Translations under genes and position numbers: made by a program | Part shown: one piece after another, positions 41,186 through 50,577 of the stretch | How the letters are laid out: each line of letters begins with the position of its first letter | Position numbering within the stretch: position 1 is the stretch's first letter | The notes under the pieces: generated by a model | The model's input: only the letters and a program-made list of their open reading frames with translations | Told to the model about the DNA's origin: nothing | Databases searched by the model: none | Assembly: GCA_963834385.1 (NCBI GenBank) | Contig: CAWIBO010000002.1 | Span: 1 to 64,000, forward strand | Direction: 5' to 3' | Origin: an uncultured Verrucomicrobiae bacterium | GTDB lineage: Bacteria; Verrucomicrobiota; Verrucomicrobiia; Chthoniobacterales; UBA10450 | DNA: 64,000 nucleotides

Positions 41186-42205
41186 CTAGCGCAGCTTTTG
41201 TTCGAGGGCCTTGACCCGTTCGAACAGTTTTCCAAGGCGGCGCACCAGGGCCAGGTGGCGGATGGCGTCTTCCAGCGGTTCGGAAGGTGTGGCCCACCAG
41301 GTGCCGCCGTTGAGATTCTTGGAAACGCCGGTCTGGGCCCCGATTTTGGTGTCATCCCCAATCTCGATATGGCCGATAATGCCGACCTGCCCCCCGATGA
41401 GGACGCGCTGGCCGATCCGGACACTCCCGGCGATGCCGACCTGGGCGGCGATGACGGAATGTTTGCCGATCACGACGTTGTGCGCCACCTGCACCAGGTT
41501 GTCGATTTTCACGCCTTCCTGGATCCAGGTCCGGCCAAAGCGTGCCCGGTCGATCGTGGTGTTGGCGCCAATCTCGACCTCGTCATCAATTTGCACGATC
41601 CCAATCTGCGGCACCTTTTGCTGGCGCCCGTCCTGCACCTCAAACCCGAAACCGTCGGCCCCGATGACGGCGCCGCTGTGCAAAACGACCCGCGCACCGA
41701 GGCGGCAGCGTTCCCGGATGATGACGTTGGGATAGATCAGGCAATCCGGGCCGATCTCGCAGCCATGGCCGACGTAGCTGCCGGCTCCGATGACGGTGTT
41801 GGCCCCAACGGAAGCGCCCTCTTCAATGACGGCGTGCGCCTGGATCGAGACGTTCGGGCCCAGGCTGGCGCCGGGTGAAATCACGGCACTGGGATGGATG
41901 CCCGGAGGAAACCGGACCGGGGGCGGAGCGAGGCGCAGGACCACCTGCTCGAAAGCCCGGGCCGGCCTGGCCACCTGGATCCGGGCCGGGCCGATCTCCT
42001 CGGCGAAATCTTCCGGAACAAAGACGGCGCTGGCCCGGGTTTTCCGGAGCGCGTGGATGTAGCGCGAATCGCCGTAGAAACTGATCTCGCCTTCCGTGGC
42101 CTCGGCGAGGGAGGCCGCCCCGGTGATGGAGAGGCCGGCCTCGCCCTGCAGGCGGCCGCCGGTCAGTTCGGCCAGTTCCGCGAGGGTAAAGGAGGGTGTT
42201 TGCAA
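41186..42205 (-). CDS. lpxD: UDP-3-O-(3-hydroxyacyl)glucosamine N-acyltransferase
   Basis: Hexapeptide repeats, IGADGFGF, KVPQIG, GANTTIDR, KIDNLVQVAHN. Confidence 0.96.
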   Translation of the reverse strand: MQTPSFTLAELAELTGGRLQGEAGLSITGAASLAEATEGEISFYGDSRYIHALRKTRASAVFVPEDFAEEIGPARIQVARPARAFEQVVLRLAPPPVRFPPGIHPSAVISPGASLGPNVSIQAHAVIEEGASVGANTVIGAGSYVGHGCEIGPDCLIYPNVIIRERCRLGARVVLHSGAVIGADGFGFEVQDGRQQKVPQIGIVQIDDEVEIGANTTIDRARFGRTWIQEGVKIDNLVQVAHNVVIGKHSVIAAQVGIAGSVRIGQRVLIGGQVGIIGHIEIGDDTKIGAQTGVSKNLNGGTWWATPSEPLEDAIRHLALVRRLGKLFERVKALEQKLR

Positions 42206-42226
42206 AGAGAGCCGGGCGGGGCCGCC

Positions 42227-43183
42227 CTATTTTTGGCCAAGACTGGCGCGGAGGGCGTCGAGCTGGCCCGCGGAACCAAGCTTCCCGTTCTTGTGCGCGA
42301 TGAAATCAGCGTAGGCCTGCATGAAAATCTTGCCGGGCGGCCGGAAATCGAACTCGGCAGGTTTGTCCCGGAAAAATTCGCGATGCACCCGGGTCCAGAC
42401 GAGCCGGCCATCGGTGTCGATATTGACCTTGGTGACGCCGAGTTTGGCGGCGGGCAGATATTCCTCCTCGTTCACGCCCCGCGCGCTCGGGTCGAGTTGG
42501 CCGCCCGCTTCGTTGATGCGTTTGACCTCCTCGACCGGAACGCTGGAGCTGCCATGCATGACGATCGGCATCCCGGGACATTTTTGGGAGATCGCCTCGA
42601 TGACATCGAACCGGAGCGACTGCTGGCCCTTGAACTTGTAGGCGCCGTGGCTGGTGCCAATGGCTGCGGCCAGGGAATCGCAGCCGGAGCGCTTTACAAA
42701 TTCCACCGCCTCCTCCGGGTTGGTCAGGCAGGCGTGGCCCTCGTCCACCTTGATGTCTTCCTCGACCCCGCCCAGCATGCCGAGCTCGGCCTCAACGCTG
42801 ACGCCCTTCGCGTGCGCGCGGTCCACGACCCGTTTGGTGATGGCGATGTTCTCCTCGAAGGATTCGTGGCTGGCGTCGATCATGACCGAGCTGTAGAACC
42901 CCGAGTCGATGCAATCGTAGCATGTCTCCTCGTCCCCGTGATCGAGATGCACGGCAAAAATGGCCTCCGGAAAGATCTCCTCGGCGGTGCGGATGATGGC
43001 CTCGAGCATGCGTTTGTCCGTATATTTCCGGGCGCCCTTGGAGAGCTGGATGATGAACGGCGCCTTGCTCTGGATGCAGCCGCGGAAAAGGCCCATGGTC
43101 TGCTCGAGGTTGTTGATGTTATAGGCGCCGACCGCGAATTTTTTGTAGGCGACTTTGTAAAGCTGGTTGGTGGTAACGATCAT
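42227..43183 (-). CDS. fba: Class II fructose-bisphosphate aldolase
   Basis: VHLDHG, SSVMIDASH, EAELG, GTSHGAYKF, VMHGSS, KVNIDTD. Confidence 0.93.
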   Translation of the reverse strand: MIVTTNQLYKVAYKKFAVGAYNINNLEQTMGLFRGCIQSKAPFIIQLSKGARKYTDKRMLEAIIRTAEEIFPEAIFAVHLDHGDEETCYDCIDSGFYSSVMIDASHESFEENIAITKRVVDRAHAKGVSVEAELGMLGGVEEDIKVDEGHACLTNPEEAVEFVKRSGCDSLAAAIGTSHGAYKFKGQQSLRFDVIEAISQKCPGMPIVMHGSSSVPVEEVKRINEAGGQLDPSARGVNEEEYLPAAKLGVTKVNIDTDGRLVWTRVHREFFRDKPAEFDFRPPGKIFMQAYADFIAHKNGKLGSAGQLDALRASLGQK

Positions 43184-43282
43184 TGGTTGATGCTGGTTGA
43201 AGTGCCGGTGCCGGCAGGCGGGATCCCGGCCTCCCTGGCAGGGGATTCTAGAAGCGAATCCGCGAAAGCAAAAATCGAAAAA

Positions 43283-45286
43283 TCAGTGACCGTTGCTCTG
43301 CAGGGGCAGAACCACGGTAACCCGCGTGCCGCGCGGGTTGGAGTCGATGTCAACCCGGCCGTTGTGGTCGAAGACAGTCCGTTTCACGATCGGCAGGCCG
43401 AGGCCCATGCCGCGGGCCTTGGTGGTGCAGAAGGGTGAGAAGACCTTTTCCTTCATGTCCGGTGCGATCCCGCGACCATTATCCTGCACGGTCACGGCCA
43501 CGCCGCTGGTCTCATCGCCTTCGCGGATTGGTTTGGCGGCCAGGGTGACCTGCGGTTTCTGCTGCCCGGTGGTGGCCTCGGCCGCGTTGGTCACAAGGTG
43601 GGCAAAGGCCTCGGTCAGGGCGGTTTCATCGCCCATGACGGAGGGGAGATTCTGCGGCAGCGACGTTTCAATGGGCATGCCGTTGCCGGCAAGACGCTGG
43701 CGGGCGAGGTCAACCGCCTTGCGTACGGCCGCGCCAAGGTCCACCGGCTTGATGATCAGCTCGGGCGGGTGGGCGAAGTTGTTGATCTGGGTGATGATCT
43801 TGTCGAGCCGGTCGATCTCCTGCACCACGATCTGGTTGAAATCCTTGCGGAAATCGGCGTCGTCGAACCGCTCGGGCAGGAGCTGGGCGAAGGTCTTGAT
43901 CGCGACGAGCGGGTTGCGGATTTCGTGCGACATGCTGGCCGCGAGATCAGTCCAGAAAGTGGCGCGGTCGAGCAGGTCCTGTTTTTGCCGGAGGCTCTCC
44001 TCCGCGGTGAGATCATGGATGACCGCGACGGCGCCGAGCGGGGTGCGCTGGTCCGAGAGTTTGCGGGTCTCGGCCTGGAGGGATTTCTGGGAATTGCGCT
44101 CGACCCACTGGCGTGGGGGCAGGGTGGACTTGCCATCGAGGGTATCGCGGAGGAACCCGGCCAAAAACGTCCCGAGTGCTTCGACCGGACGATTCAGAAC
44201 GTCGTTGGGGGACAATCCGAGCATTTGCTCCGCGGTCGGGTTAAACCAGCGGACCACGCCGTCCTCGTCGGTGGCGACGATGCCGGGTGGGATCGACTTG
44301 AGCAGCGTTTCGGCGAGCGTTTTCTGGAGGGTGATTTCCTCGTAGAGCAGGGCGTTCTCGAGAACGGTGGAAACGTGCTCGGCCAGGATGGTGAGGCCCT
44401 CGAGGTCGTTGTAATCGAACGGCTGGCCGGTGACGCGATGGCCGAAAAAGAGCCAGCCGATGATGCGGCCCCGGGCGTAAAGGGGGACGATGACCTCGGC
44501 GCCGAAGGTGTCGAGGGCGCGTCGCTGCAGAGCGCGCTGGGAGGGATCGACCGCGTGGGCGAGGTTGGCGCGGCAGATCAGGTGGGCATGGAGCTCGAAC
44601 CAGCGAACGAGCGGGTCGCGCTCGCCGAACTCGATCTCGTAGGTCTCCGGCAGGCAGCGAAGTCCCGCCCGGAGGCGATAGCGGTCGCCCTGACGAATGC
44701 GCGAGAAGATGCCGACCCGCGTGACCGTGGCGGCGTCCGCCACGCTCTCGACCACGCTGGCGAGGAGCGCGTCGACATTGTCGAACCGACGGAAAACGCG
44801 CGGGAAGCGCATGATGGGAAGAGAAGGGCTGCTGAACCGGTCGGGCAACCGCTCGAGGGGGCGGGCAGGCACGGGCACAGGCGCGAGGGTCGATTGCTCG
44901 CGCAGATCGCGATTCTCCTGTTTGACCCGGAGGAAATCAAAAGCGCGACCGACCAGGGCCTGGAACCGGCGGCGGTCGAGCTGGAGATCTTCCACCGCGT
45001 AGATGCCGCTCTGTTCGGCCTCGCGCAGCGGATCGGAGCGGGGCGTGCCGAGCGCCGTGATGAGCACATCGGGCCACTCCTGCTGGACCTGGTCGAGCAG
45101 GTCGCGCGAATCCTTTGCCCGCAGGTCGAGGAGGAGCAGGGCCGGGGTGGTCTGTTGCAGCACGCTGTCCAGGCGGTCGGCGTCGGCCACGTGGCGGATC
45201 TCGGCCACGGAACGCAGGAAAGCCTTCACCCGGCGGGCGAGATCGGCATCCTGAGTATAGAGAACGACCGCGGGAGTGGGGATCAT
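43283..45286 (-). CDS. Cytoplasmic histidine kinase: degenerate REC, GAF, PAS, HisKA, HATPase
   Basis: SMSHEIRNPL, LVTNAAEA, DNGRGI, FSPFCTTK, GMGLGL; ATGA overlap with the upstream kinase. Confidence 0.9.
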   Translation of the reverse strand: MIPTPAVVLYTQDADLARRVKAFLRSVAEIRHVADADRLDSVLQQTTPALLLLDLRAKDSRDLLDQVQQEWPDVLITALGTPRSDPLREAEQSGIYAVEDLQLDRRRFQALVGRAFDFLRVKQENRDLREQSTLAPVPVPARPLERLPDRFSSPSLPIMRFPRVFRRFDNVDALLASVVESVADAATVTRVGIFSRIRQGDRYRLRAGLRCLPETYEIEFGERDPLVRWFELHAHLICRANLAHAVDPSQRALQRRALDTFGAEVIVPLYARGRIIGWLFFGHRVTGQPFDYNDLEGLTILAEHVSTVLENALLYEEITLQKTLAETLLKSIPPGIVATDEDGVVRWFNPTAEQMLGLSPNDVLNRPVEALGTFLAGFLRDTLDGKSTLPPRQWVERNSQKSLQAETRKLSDQRTPLGAVAVIHDLTAEESLRQKQDLLDRATFWTDLAASMSHEIRNPLVAIKTFAQLLPERFDDADFRKDFNQIVVQEIDRLDKIITQINNFAHPPELIIKPVDLGAAVRKAVDLARQRLAGNGMPIETSLPQNLPSVMGDETALTEAFAHLVTNAAEATTGQQKPQVTLAAKPIREGDETSGVAVTVQDNGRGIAPDMKEKVFSPFCTTKARGMGLGLPIVKRTVFDHNGRVDIDSNPRGTRVTVVLPLQSNGH

Positions 45287-47811
45287 GCCGCGGCTACTTC
45301 GCTCTCAAAACGCACCAGCGGAAGAAGAATATGAAAAGCGGTGCCTTTTTTCACCTCGCTCTCGACCTCGATCTGGCCGCCGTGTTCCTGGATGATCCCG
45401 TGCACCACCGAGAGGCCGAGGCCGGTCCCGTAGTCCTTGGTCGTGAAGAACGGGTCAAAAACCTGTCCGATGTCCTCGGGGCGGATCCCCTCGCCGCTGT
45501 CGCGGATGGTGACGCGCAGGATTTCCTGGGTGCTGCCGTTCGTTCGGGAAAGGGCGGAGACGACATGGTCATCGCGGGTGATGCGCGTGCTCACGGCGAG
45601 TTCGCCGCCTGTGCCCATAGCGTCCATGGCGTTGATGAAGAAATTTAGAAAGACCTGCTCCAGCTGGTCAGCGTCGGCGCGGATTGTATCAACTTCCGCC
45701 TGCCATGCCCGCGTTAATTTAATATCTTTTTGGTAGAGGCGATGGCCGACGAGCTGGAGCGATTTCTCGAGCGTCTCGTGGACGTGCATCGGTTTGAGGA
45801 GGGGCTTGGCCGGGCGGGCGAAGCGGAGGAGTTGGTTGACCAGGCTGTCAATGCGGTCGATTTCGTGCCCGATCAGGTTGGAAAAGGTCTCGCGGAAATC
45901 GGAATCCTGGTAACGCTCCGGGAGAAGCTGGGCAAAGGTCTTGATCGAGACGAGGGGGTTCTTGATCTCGTGGGCCATCCCGGCGGAGAGCGTGCCAAGG
46001 CTGGCCAGACGGTCGCTCCGCCGGATCTGCAACTCGAGCTGCTTGAGCGCGGAAATATCGGTCAGCACCAGCAAGGCGCCCAGGGTGGCGCCATCCTCGT
46101 CGCGGAAGATGGAGCTGCTGGCCCGGACAATGCGCGGCCGGCTGCCATCGCCGACGCGCATCTCCGGGTCCTCCTTGCGTTCGCCCGTCTGGAGGGTGGC
46201 GAGGAGCATGCGGCAGAGGTCGGCCGGCAGCCGGTCGATTTCCTGGCCGAGAATGTCAGCGGCGTTCAGCCCGGTGATGAGCTCGGCTTCGTGGTTGAAA
46301 ACGGTGACCTGCTGCTGGGCATCGGCGGCAATGACGCCGGTGGTAAGGTTTTGCAGCAGCGTTTCATTATAAATCTTGGCGTTCTGGACCTCGGTGAAAA
46401 GCTCCGCGTTCTCGATCGCGACGGCGAGCTGTCCGCACAGGACCTGGAGGGCGTTTTGCTCCGGGATCCCGTACATTCGCCCGGAGAGCCGCGGGCCGAG
46501 AACCATGACGCCGGCCAGGTGTTCGCGTGAGGCGATCGGCATGGCGATGGCGACCTGGAGCCCCTCCATCAGGGCGGCCACGCGCCGCAGCTGCGGGGTG
46601 AGACGAATACGACGCAGTTCCTCGAGCACGAGCGGTTCCCGGGTCTCTTCCAGTTGCTGAACGAGCGGGCTCTCCCGGTCGAACTCGAGCAGATCGCGCT
46701 GCAGCTCGTTTTCCGGGAGGGGATACCGCTGGATGAGGCCACCGCGTGCCGGGAGGAGAATGACGACGCGATCTGTCTTCATGGCCTCGGTGACGGTGGC
46801 GCCGAAGCGTTCCATCAGTTCGCGGAGAGTGCTGACCGAGTTGAGGATGGTGGCGGCCTTGCTCACGGTGGCGCCGAAGTCGAGTTGCCGGCTGCCGACG
46901 AAGAGACGGTCTGCCAGGCGCTGGGAAATGCCGCGGGCCGGGGCCATGGCAAAGGCAACGACGAGAGCGGCGACGATGTGGGCCATTTGTGTCCCCCCCG
47001 ATCCGATGAAAGGGACGAGGGCGGTGGTGACCAGCCACCAGACCGCGCCGTAGAGAGTGAGGAGATAAAGGGTGAGCAGGGCGTAGGAGATCACCCGGCG
47101 AAAGAAAACGCCCACTTCCATGATGCGCCGGGTGGTGATGCCGTAGGCGATGATGAGGCTGAACAGAACGATGCGGAAAGGAGCGAGCCAGTTCAGGAGC
47201 GACTGGTGCACAAAAGGCCGGATGAAAAGGGCCAGGAGAGTCAGGCCGAGGATGACGGCCGTGCCCATGAGGATGAAAGAAAGCTCCGTGCGCTCGCGGC
47301 CGCGGGCGTTCTTGATGTCCCGAACGTAAAGCACCAGGAGCGCGAGCCCGGCGGCGGCGAAATAGATGCTGTAGAGGTAGACGCCGTTTCCGTAGACCGG
47401 AACAGGGGTCAGGTTGGGCGCCCCCTGGGCCTGCGAGAAGACCGTGTCGGCCATGAAGAAAGGAGTCTGGCAGAGGAGAACAATGCCGAGGGCGGCGCCC
47501 AGCCAGTAGCGGGTGCCGAAGAGAAGCTCCCGCCAGCTCTGGTTCGGTCTCTTGATCGAGATCCGGAGGAGATTGAAGGAATAGAGAAGGAAGGCGCCGG
47601 CGGCAGAGGCCTGCCTGATGTAGAACTCGGCAGTGGCGAGATTCTCGGTGATCGAGATCAGGTAAAGGCTGCCCAGCCAGACGGCGATGGTGCTGGAGAG
47701 GACGAGGAAGGTCTGATTGGATTTGCGGCCGGGGCTGGCCTGGAAAACCGCGAAGCCCAGCGCGATCTGGATGATCTGGGCGACAAGGATGGGCGTGGTC
47801 GCAGCGTTCAT
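45283..47811 (-). CDS. Multi-TM sensor histidine kinase (7TM-like, GAF, PAS, HisKA, HATPase; PrsK-like architecture)
   Basis: About 9 hydrophobic segments, AVAIENAELF, MAHEIKNPL, INAMDAM, DSGEGI, FDPFFTTK, GTGLGL. Confidence 0.92.
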   Translation of the reverse strand: MNAATTPILVAQIIQIALGFAVFQASPGRKSNQTFLVLSSTIAVWLGSLYLISITENLATAEFYIRQASAAGAFLLYSFNLLRISIKRPNQSWRELLFGTRYWLGAALGIVLLCQTPFFMADTVFSQAQGAPNLTPVPVYGNGVYLYSIYFAAAGLALLVLYVRDIKNARGRERTELSFILMGTAVILGLTLLALFIRPFVHQSLLNWLAPFRIVLFSLIIAYGITTRRIMEVGVFFRRVISYALLTLYLLTLYGAVWWLVTTALVPFIGSGGTQMAHIVAALVVAFAMAPARGISQRLADRLFVGSRQLDFGATVSKAATILNSVSTLRELMERFGATVTEAMKTDRVVILLPARGGLIQRYPLPENELQRDLLEFDRESPLVQQLEETREPLVLEELRRIRLTPQLRRVAALMEGLQVAIAMPIASREHLAGVMVLGPRLSGRMYGIPEQNALQVLCGQLAVAIENAELFTEVQNAKIYNETLLQNLTTGVIAADAQQQVTVFNHEAELITGLNAADILGQEIDRLPADLCRMLLATLQTGERKEDPEMRVGDGSRPRIVRASSSIFRDEDGATLGALLVLTDISALKQLELQIRRSDRLASLGTLSAGMAHEIKNPLVSIKTFAQLLPERYQDSDFRETFSNLIGHEIDRIDSLVNQLLRFARPAKPLLKPMHVHETLEKSLQLVGHRLYQKDIKLTRAWQAEVDTIRADADQLEQVFLNFFINAMDAMGTGGELAVSTRITRDDHVVSALSRTNGSTQEILRVTIRDSGEGIRPEDIGQVFDPFFTTKDYGTGLGLSVVHGIIQEHGGQIEVESEVKKGTAFHILLPLVRFESEVAAA

Positions 47812-47872
47812 CCGGTGCGGCGTGCGGGCTGGGAGGTGGGAAAACGAGGATCGCGCTCCATACCGTCGCGCG

Positions 47873-49114
47873 TCAGGCCGCCGGGCGAAGAATAATCATG
47901 GTCGCGGCGCTGCCCCCGATGCCGCGCACATTGACCAGGGCGCGGTCGATCCGGGTCCTGCGGGGCCGGTTGGCCACAAAGTTCAAATCGCACTTGGGAT
48001 CGGGGTTTTCGTAGTTGGCGGTGGGCGGGATGAGCTGGTCGCGCATGCTCAAGGCGCAGGCGATCAGCTGGAACGGGCCGCCGGCGGCCATGGCATTGCC
48101 GGTCACACCTTTGATTGAATTGACCGGGATATCGTAGGCGCGCGGCCCGAAAACCTCCTTGATGCTGGCGACTTCCGTTTCATCCAGCACCGGATGGCCC
48201 GGTCCGTAGGCGGAAATATAGTCGATCTGGTTGATATCGAGCCCGCCGTTGGCGAGCGCCAGCTTCATGGAATCGGCCAGGCCCGAGCCGGGCCGGCCGG
48301 CATCGCGGTCGCGTTGTTTTCCGTAACAGCAGATCTCAAAATGGATTTGCGCGCCGCGCGCTTCCGCCCGCGCCAGGTTTTCCAGGATCATGACGCCGGC
48401 GCCTTCCGCCAGGACGCCCGAGTCGCGTTCCAGGTCAAAGGGCCGGCTGGCTTTCTCCGGTTCGTCGTTGCGGCAGGAGCTCAGCCCGCTGGCAATGAAC
48501 ATCGACAGGGCCAGGGGCGTGATCGGGGTGTCCGTTCCCCCCGCGATGGCCACCTCTGCCTCGCCGGAGCGGATCATTTCCGCGGCCGTGGCAACGGCAT
48601 CAAGGCCCGATGGGCAGGCGGAGGAAATCGTGGCGGCATCGGCGCTCAGGCCGATCCGGTCGGCGATCATGTTGGCCGCCGCCTGCGGGATCATATGGGC
48701 CGCCGTGCTGGGGGCAGCCCGGTTGGGGCCCTTTTGCTCGACGTCCTCGAAGGCTTTTTCCAGCACATCAATGGCGCTGGAACTCACCCCGATCACCACC
48801 GGCGTCGGGCTGGGAAAATCGAGGTTCTTGGGATCGTAGCCGGCGTTCTCCAAGGCCATCATGGTGGCGGCAAAAGCGAACTGCGTATGCCGGGCCATGC
48901 GTTTCGGTTTCAGCTCGGGCTCGATGAAGTCCTGCGGATCGAAATTTTTCACCTCGCCCGCGATCCGGCTTTTGAACCCGGTGGTGTCAAAGTGGGTGAT
49001 GGGCGCGATGCCGCTGCGGCCGCTGAGAAGGGAATCCCAGAAAGCCTTCAAACCGATGCCATTTGGGGCGACCACGCCCATCCCGGTCACGACGACACGA
49101 TTTTTTTTTCTCAT
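47873..49114 (-). CDS. FabF-fold beta-ketoacyl synthase-like protein with non-canonical active site (Cys kept; His to Tyr; His to Asn)
   Basis: RVVVTGMGVV, SSACPSG, SRPFD, EGAG, IPPTAN; SAYGPGH and KGVTGNAM at the two His motifs. Confidence 0.88.
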   Translation of the reverse strand: MRKKNRVVVTGMGVVAPNGIGLKAFWDSLLSGRSGIAPITHFDTTGFKSRIAGEVKNFDPQDFIEPELKPKRMARHTQFAFAATMMALENAGYDPKNLDFPSPTPVVIGVSSSAIDVLEKAFEDVEQKGPNRAAPSTAAHMIPQAAANMIADRIGLSADAATISSACPSGLDAVATAAEMIRSGEAEVAIAGGTDTPITPLALSMFIASGLSSCRNDEPEKASRPFDLERDSGVLAEGAGVMILENLARAEARGAQIHFEICCYGKQRDRDAGRPGSGLADSMKLALANGGLDINQIDYISAYGPGHPVLDETEVASIKEVFGPRAYDIPVNSIKGVTGNAMAAGGPFQLIACALSMRDQLIPPTANYENPDPKCDLNFVANRPRRTRIDRALVNVRGIGGSAATMIILRPAA

Positions 49115-49180
49115 GGAGTTATCGGTCCCGTTTCTTCTCACAACTGAATGCCCGGGGAGGAAGGTTTTTTAATGGTTATG

Positions 49181-49250
49181 TAATTTCTGGTAATTTCGGG
49201 AGACTTCTGCGTCGCCCACTGTTATTCACCAAATTTGAGAGTTATTCACA
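49181..49250. promoter_or_regulatory. Two direct-repeat pairs in an AT-rich divergent promoter region
   Basis: TAATTTCTGG-TAATTTCGGG (49181-49200); GTTATTCAC at 49221 and 49241. Confidence 0.45.
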
Positions 49251-49252
49251 AG

Positions 49253-49270
49253 TTGCATCTTGCGTGCCGG
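49253..49270 (-). promoter_or_regulatory. Putative sigma54 (-24/-12) promoter for the ketosynthase-kinase operon
   Basis: Minus strand CCGGCACGCAAGATGCAA: GGCACG and TGCA with GG-N10-GC spacing. Confidence 0.62.
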
Positions 49271-49376
49271 AACAATTTGTTTCACCCTCGGGCCCGCCGC
49301 CACTCCTCGATTTCCGCTCCTCCCGTAAATCGTTCGTTGTCGGGCACAACCTTAGCTCTATCCCTGCCTCGCACCC

Positions 49377-50531
49377 ATGATCGCTTCTCCTGATCTGCCG
49401 CAGGTCCTTGTCATCGACGATGAAATAGGCCCCCGCGAGAGCCTGCGCATGCTTCTCAAGCCCAGTTACCGCGTCCACACCGCCGAATGCGTCGCCGACG
49501 GTGTCCGTCTTCTCCAGGAAAAAAAACCTGATGCCGTCATCACCGATATCCGCATGCCCGGCGTGAGCGGCATCGACGGCCTGCGCCAGATCCGCGAGAT
49601 CGACCCGCATGTCTCGGTCATCATGCTGACCGGGTTCGGCGCCCTGGAAACGGCGCAGGAGGCGCTTCGGCTCGGGGCCAACGATTATATCAGCAAGCCG
49701 TTCGACGCCCGCGAAATGCGCGAGGTCATCAGCCGCAACGTCGAGCGCACCCGGGTGCACCGCGCGGGGGAGAACGCCGCCCTGGAAATCCGCGGATTAA
49801 ACGATCGCCTCCTCAAAGAGCTGGCCCAGAAAGAACGCCTGGCCTCGCTCGGCCAGGCCTCGGCCGAGTTCGTCCACGATATCAGCAACCCGCTCACCAT
49901 CGTCTGGGGTTACGTCCAACTGCTTGCGCGCAAACTCGAGCAGCAGGAGAAAACCGAGGGCGAATCGGCCGCGTCCGCCCGTGAATTAAATATCATCGAA
50001 CAGAATGTCCGTCTCTGCCGCGACCTCCTGGTCATGTGGCAGAGCTACGGCAGCGAGGAAGCGGCGCCGCACAAGCCCATCTCGGTTTCCTCCATTGTTC
50101 GCGACGTCATCAAGGCCATGGAGGGCATGGCGGCGCAGCACAAAGTGACGCTGACCGGGCAGGTCTGCGAGGAACCGGGCAGCCTCCTGGGCGACGCCGT
50201 CCAGGTCCAGCGCGCCATCCAGAACGTGGTCACCAACGCCGTGCAGGCGGCGGCGGAAAGGGATAATGGCGGCACGGTCTCCGTCTCCTGCCAGCAACGG
50301 GAATTTTACACCGACGTGCGCGTGGAAGATTCCGGCACGGGGATGACCCCGGAACAGATCATCAAAATTTTCGATCCTTACTTCACGACCAAGCAGGGCA
50401 AGAGCGGCACCGGCCTCGGCCTCTACATCACGAAGAAGGTGGTCGATGATCATAACGGTTCGATCAAGGTCGACAGCACGCCGGGTGCGGGCAGCGTTTT
50501 TACCATCCGCCTTCCGCTGCTGAACGCCTGA
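49377..50531 (+). CDS. Hybrid response regulator / histidine kinase (REC, HisKA, HATPase)
   Basis: VIDDE, TDIRMPG, YISKPF; FVHDISNPL, NAVQA, DSGTG, FDPYFTTK, GTGLGL. Confidence 0.93.
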   Translation: MIASPDLPQVLVIDDEIGPRESLRMLLKPSYRVHTAECVADGVRLLQEKKPDAVITDIRMPGVSGIDGLRQIREIDPHVSVIMLTGFGALETAQEALRLGANDYISKPFDAREMREVISRNVERTRVHRAGENAALEIRGLNDRLLKELAQKERLASLGQASAEFVHDISNPLTIVWGYVQLLARKLEQQEKTEGESAASARELNIIEQNVRLCRDLLVMWQSYGSEEAAPHKPISVSSIVRDVIKAMEGMAAQHKVTLTGQVCEEPGSLLGDAVQVQRAIQNVVTNAVQAAAERDNGGTVSVSCQQREFYTDVRVEDSGTGMTPEQIIKIFDPYFTTKQGKSGTGLGLYITKKVVDDHNGSIKVDSTPGAGSVFTIRLPLLNA

Positions 50532-50577
50532 GTCACTTTCGCTTGTCAGCACCGGTCGCATCCGGTTTGTTCGCGAG

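Noticed and set aside
47873..49114. Housekeeping fabF or type II PKS cluster
   Set aside because: Both catalytic His motifs are altered, and there is no adjacent ACP, chain-length factor or reductase.
49221..49250. oriC suggested by DnaA-box-like sequences near parA
   Set aside because: Only one full TTATNCACA match and one partial. No dnaA, dnaN or box cluster is present.
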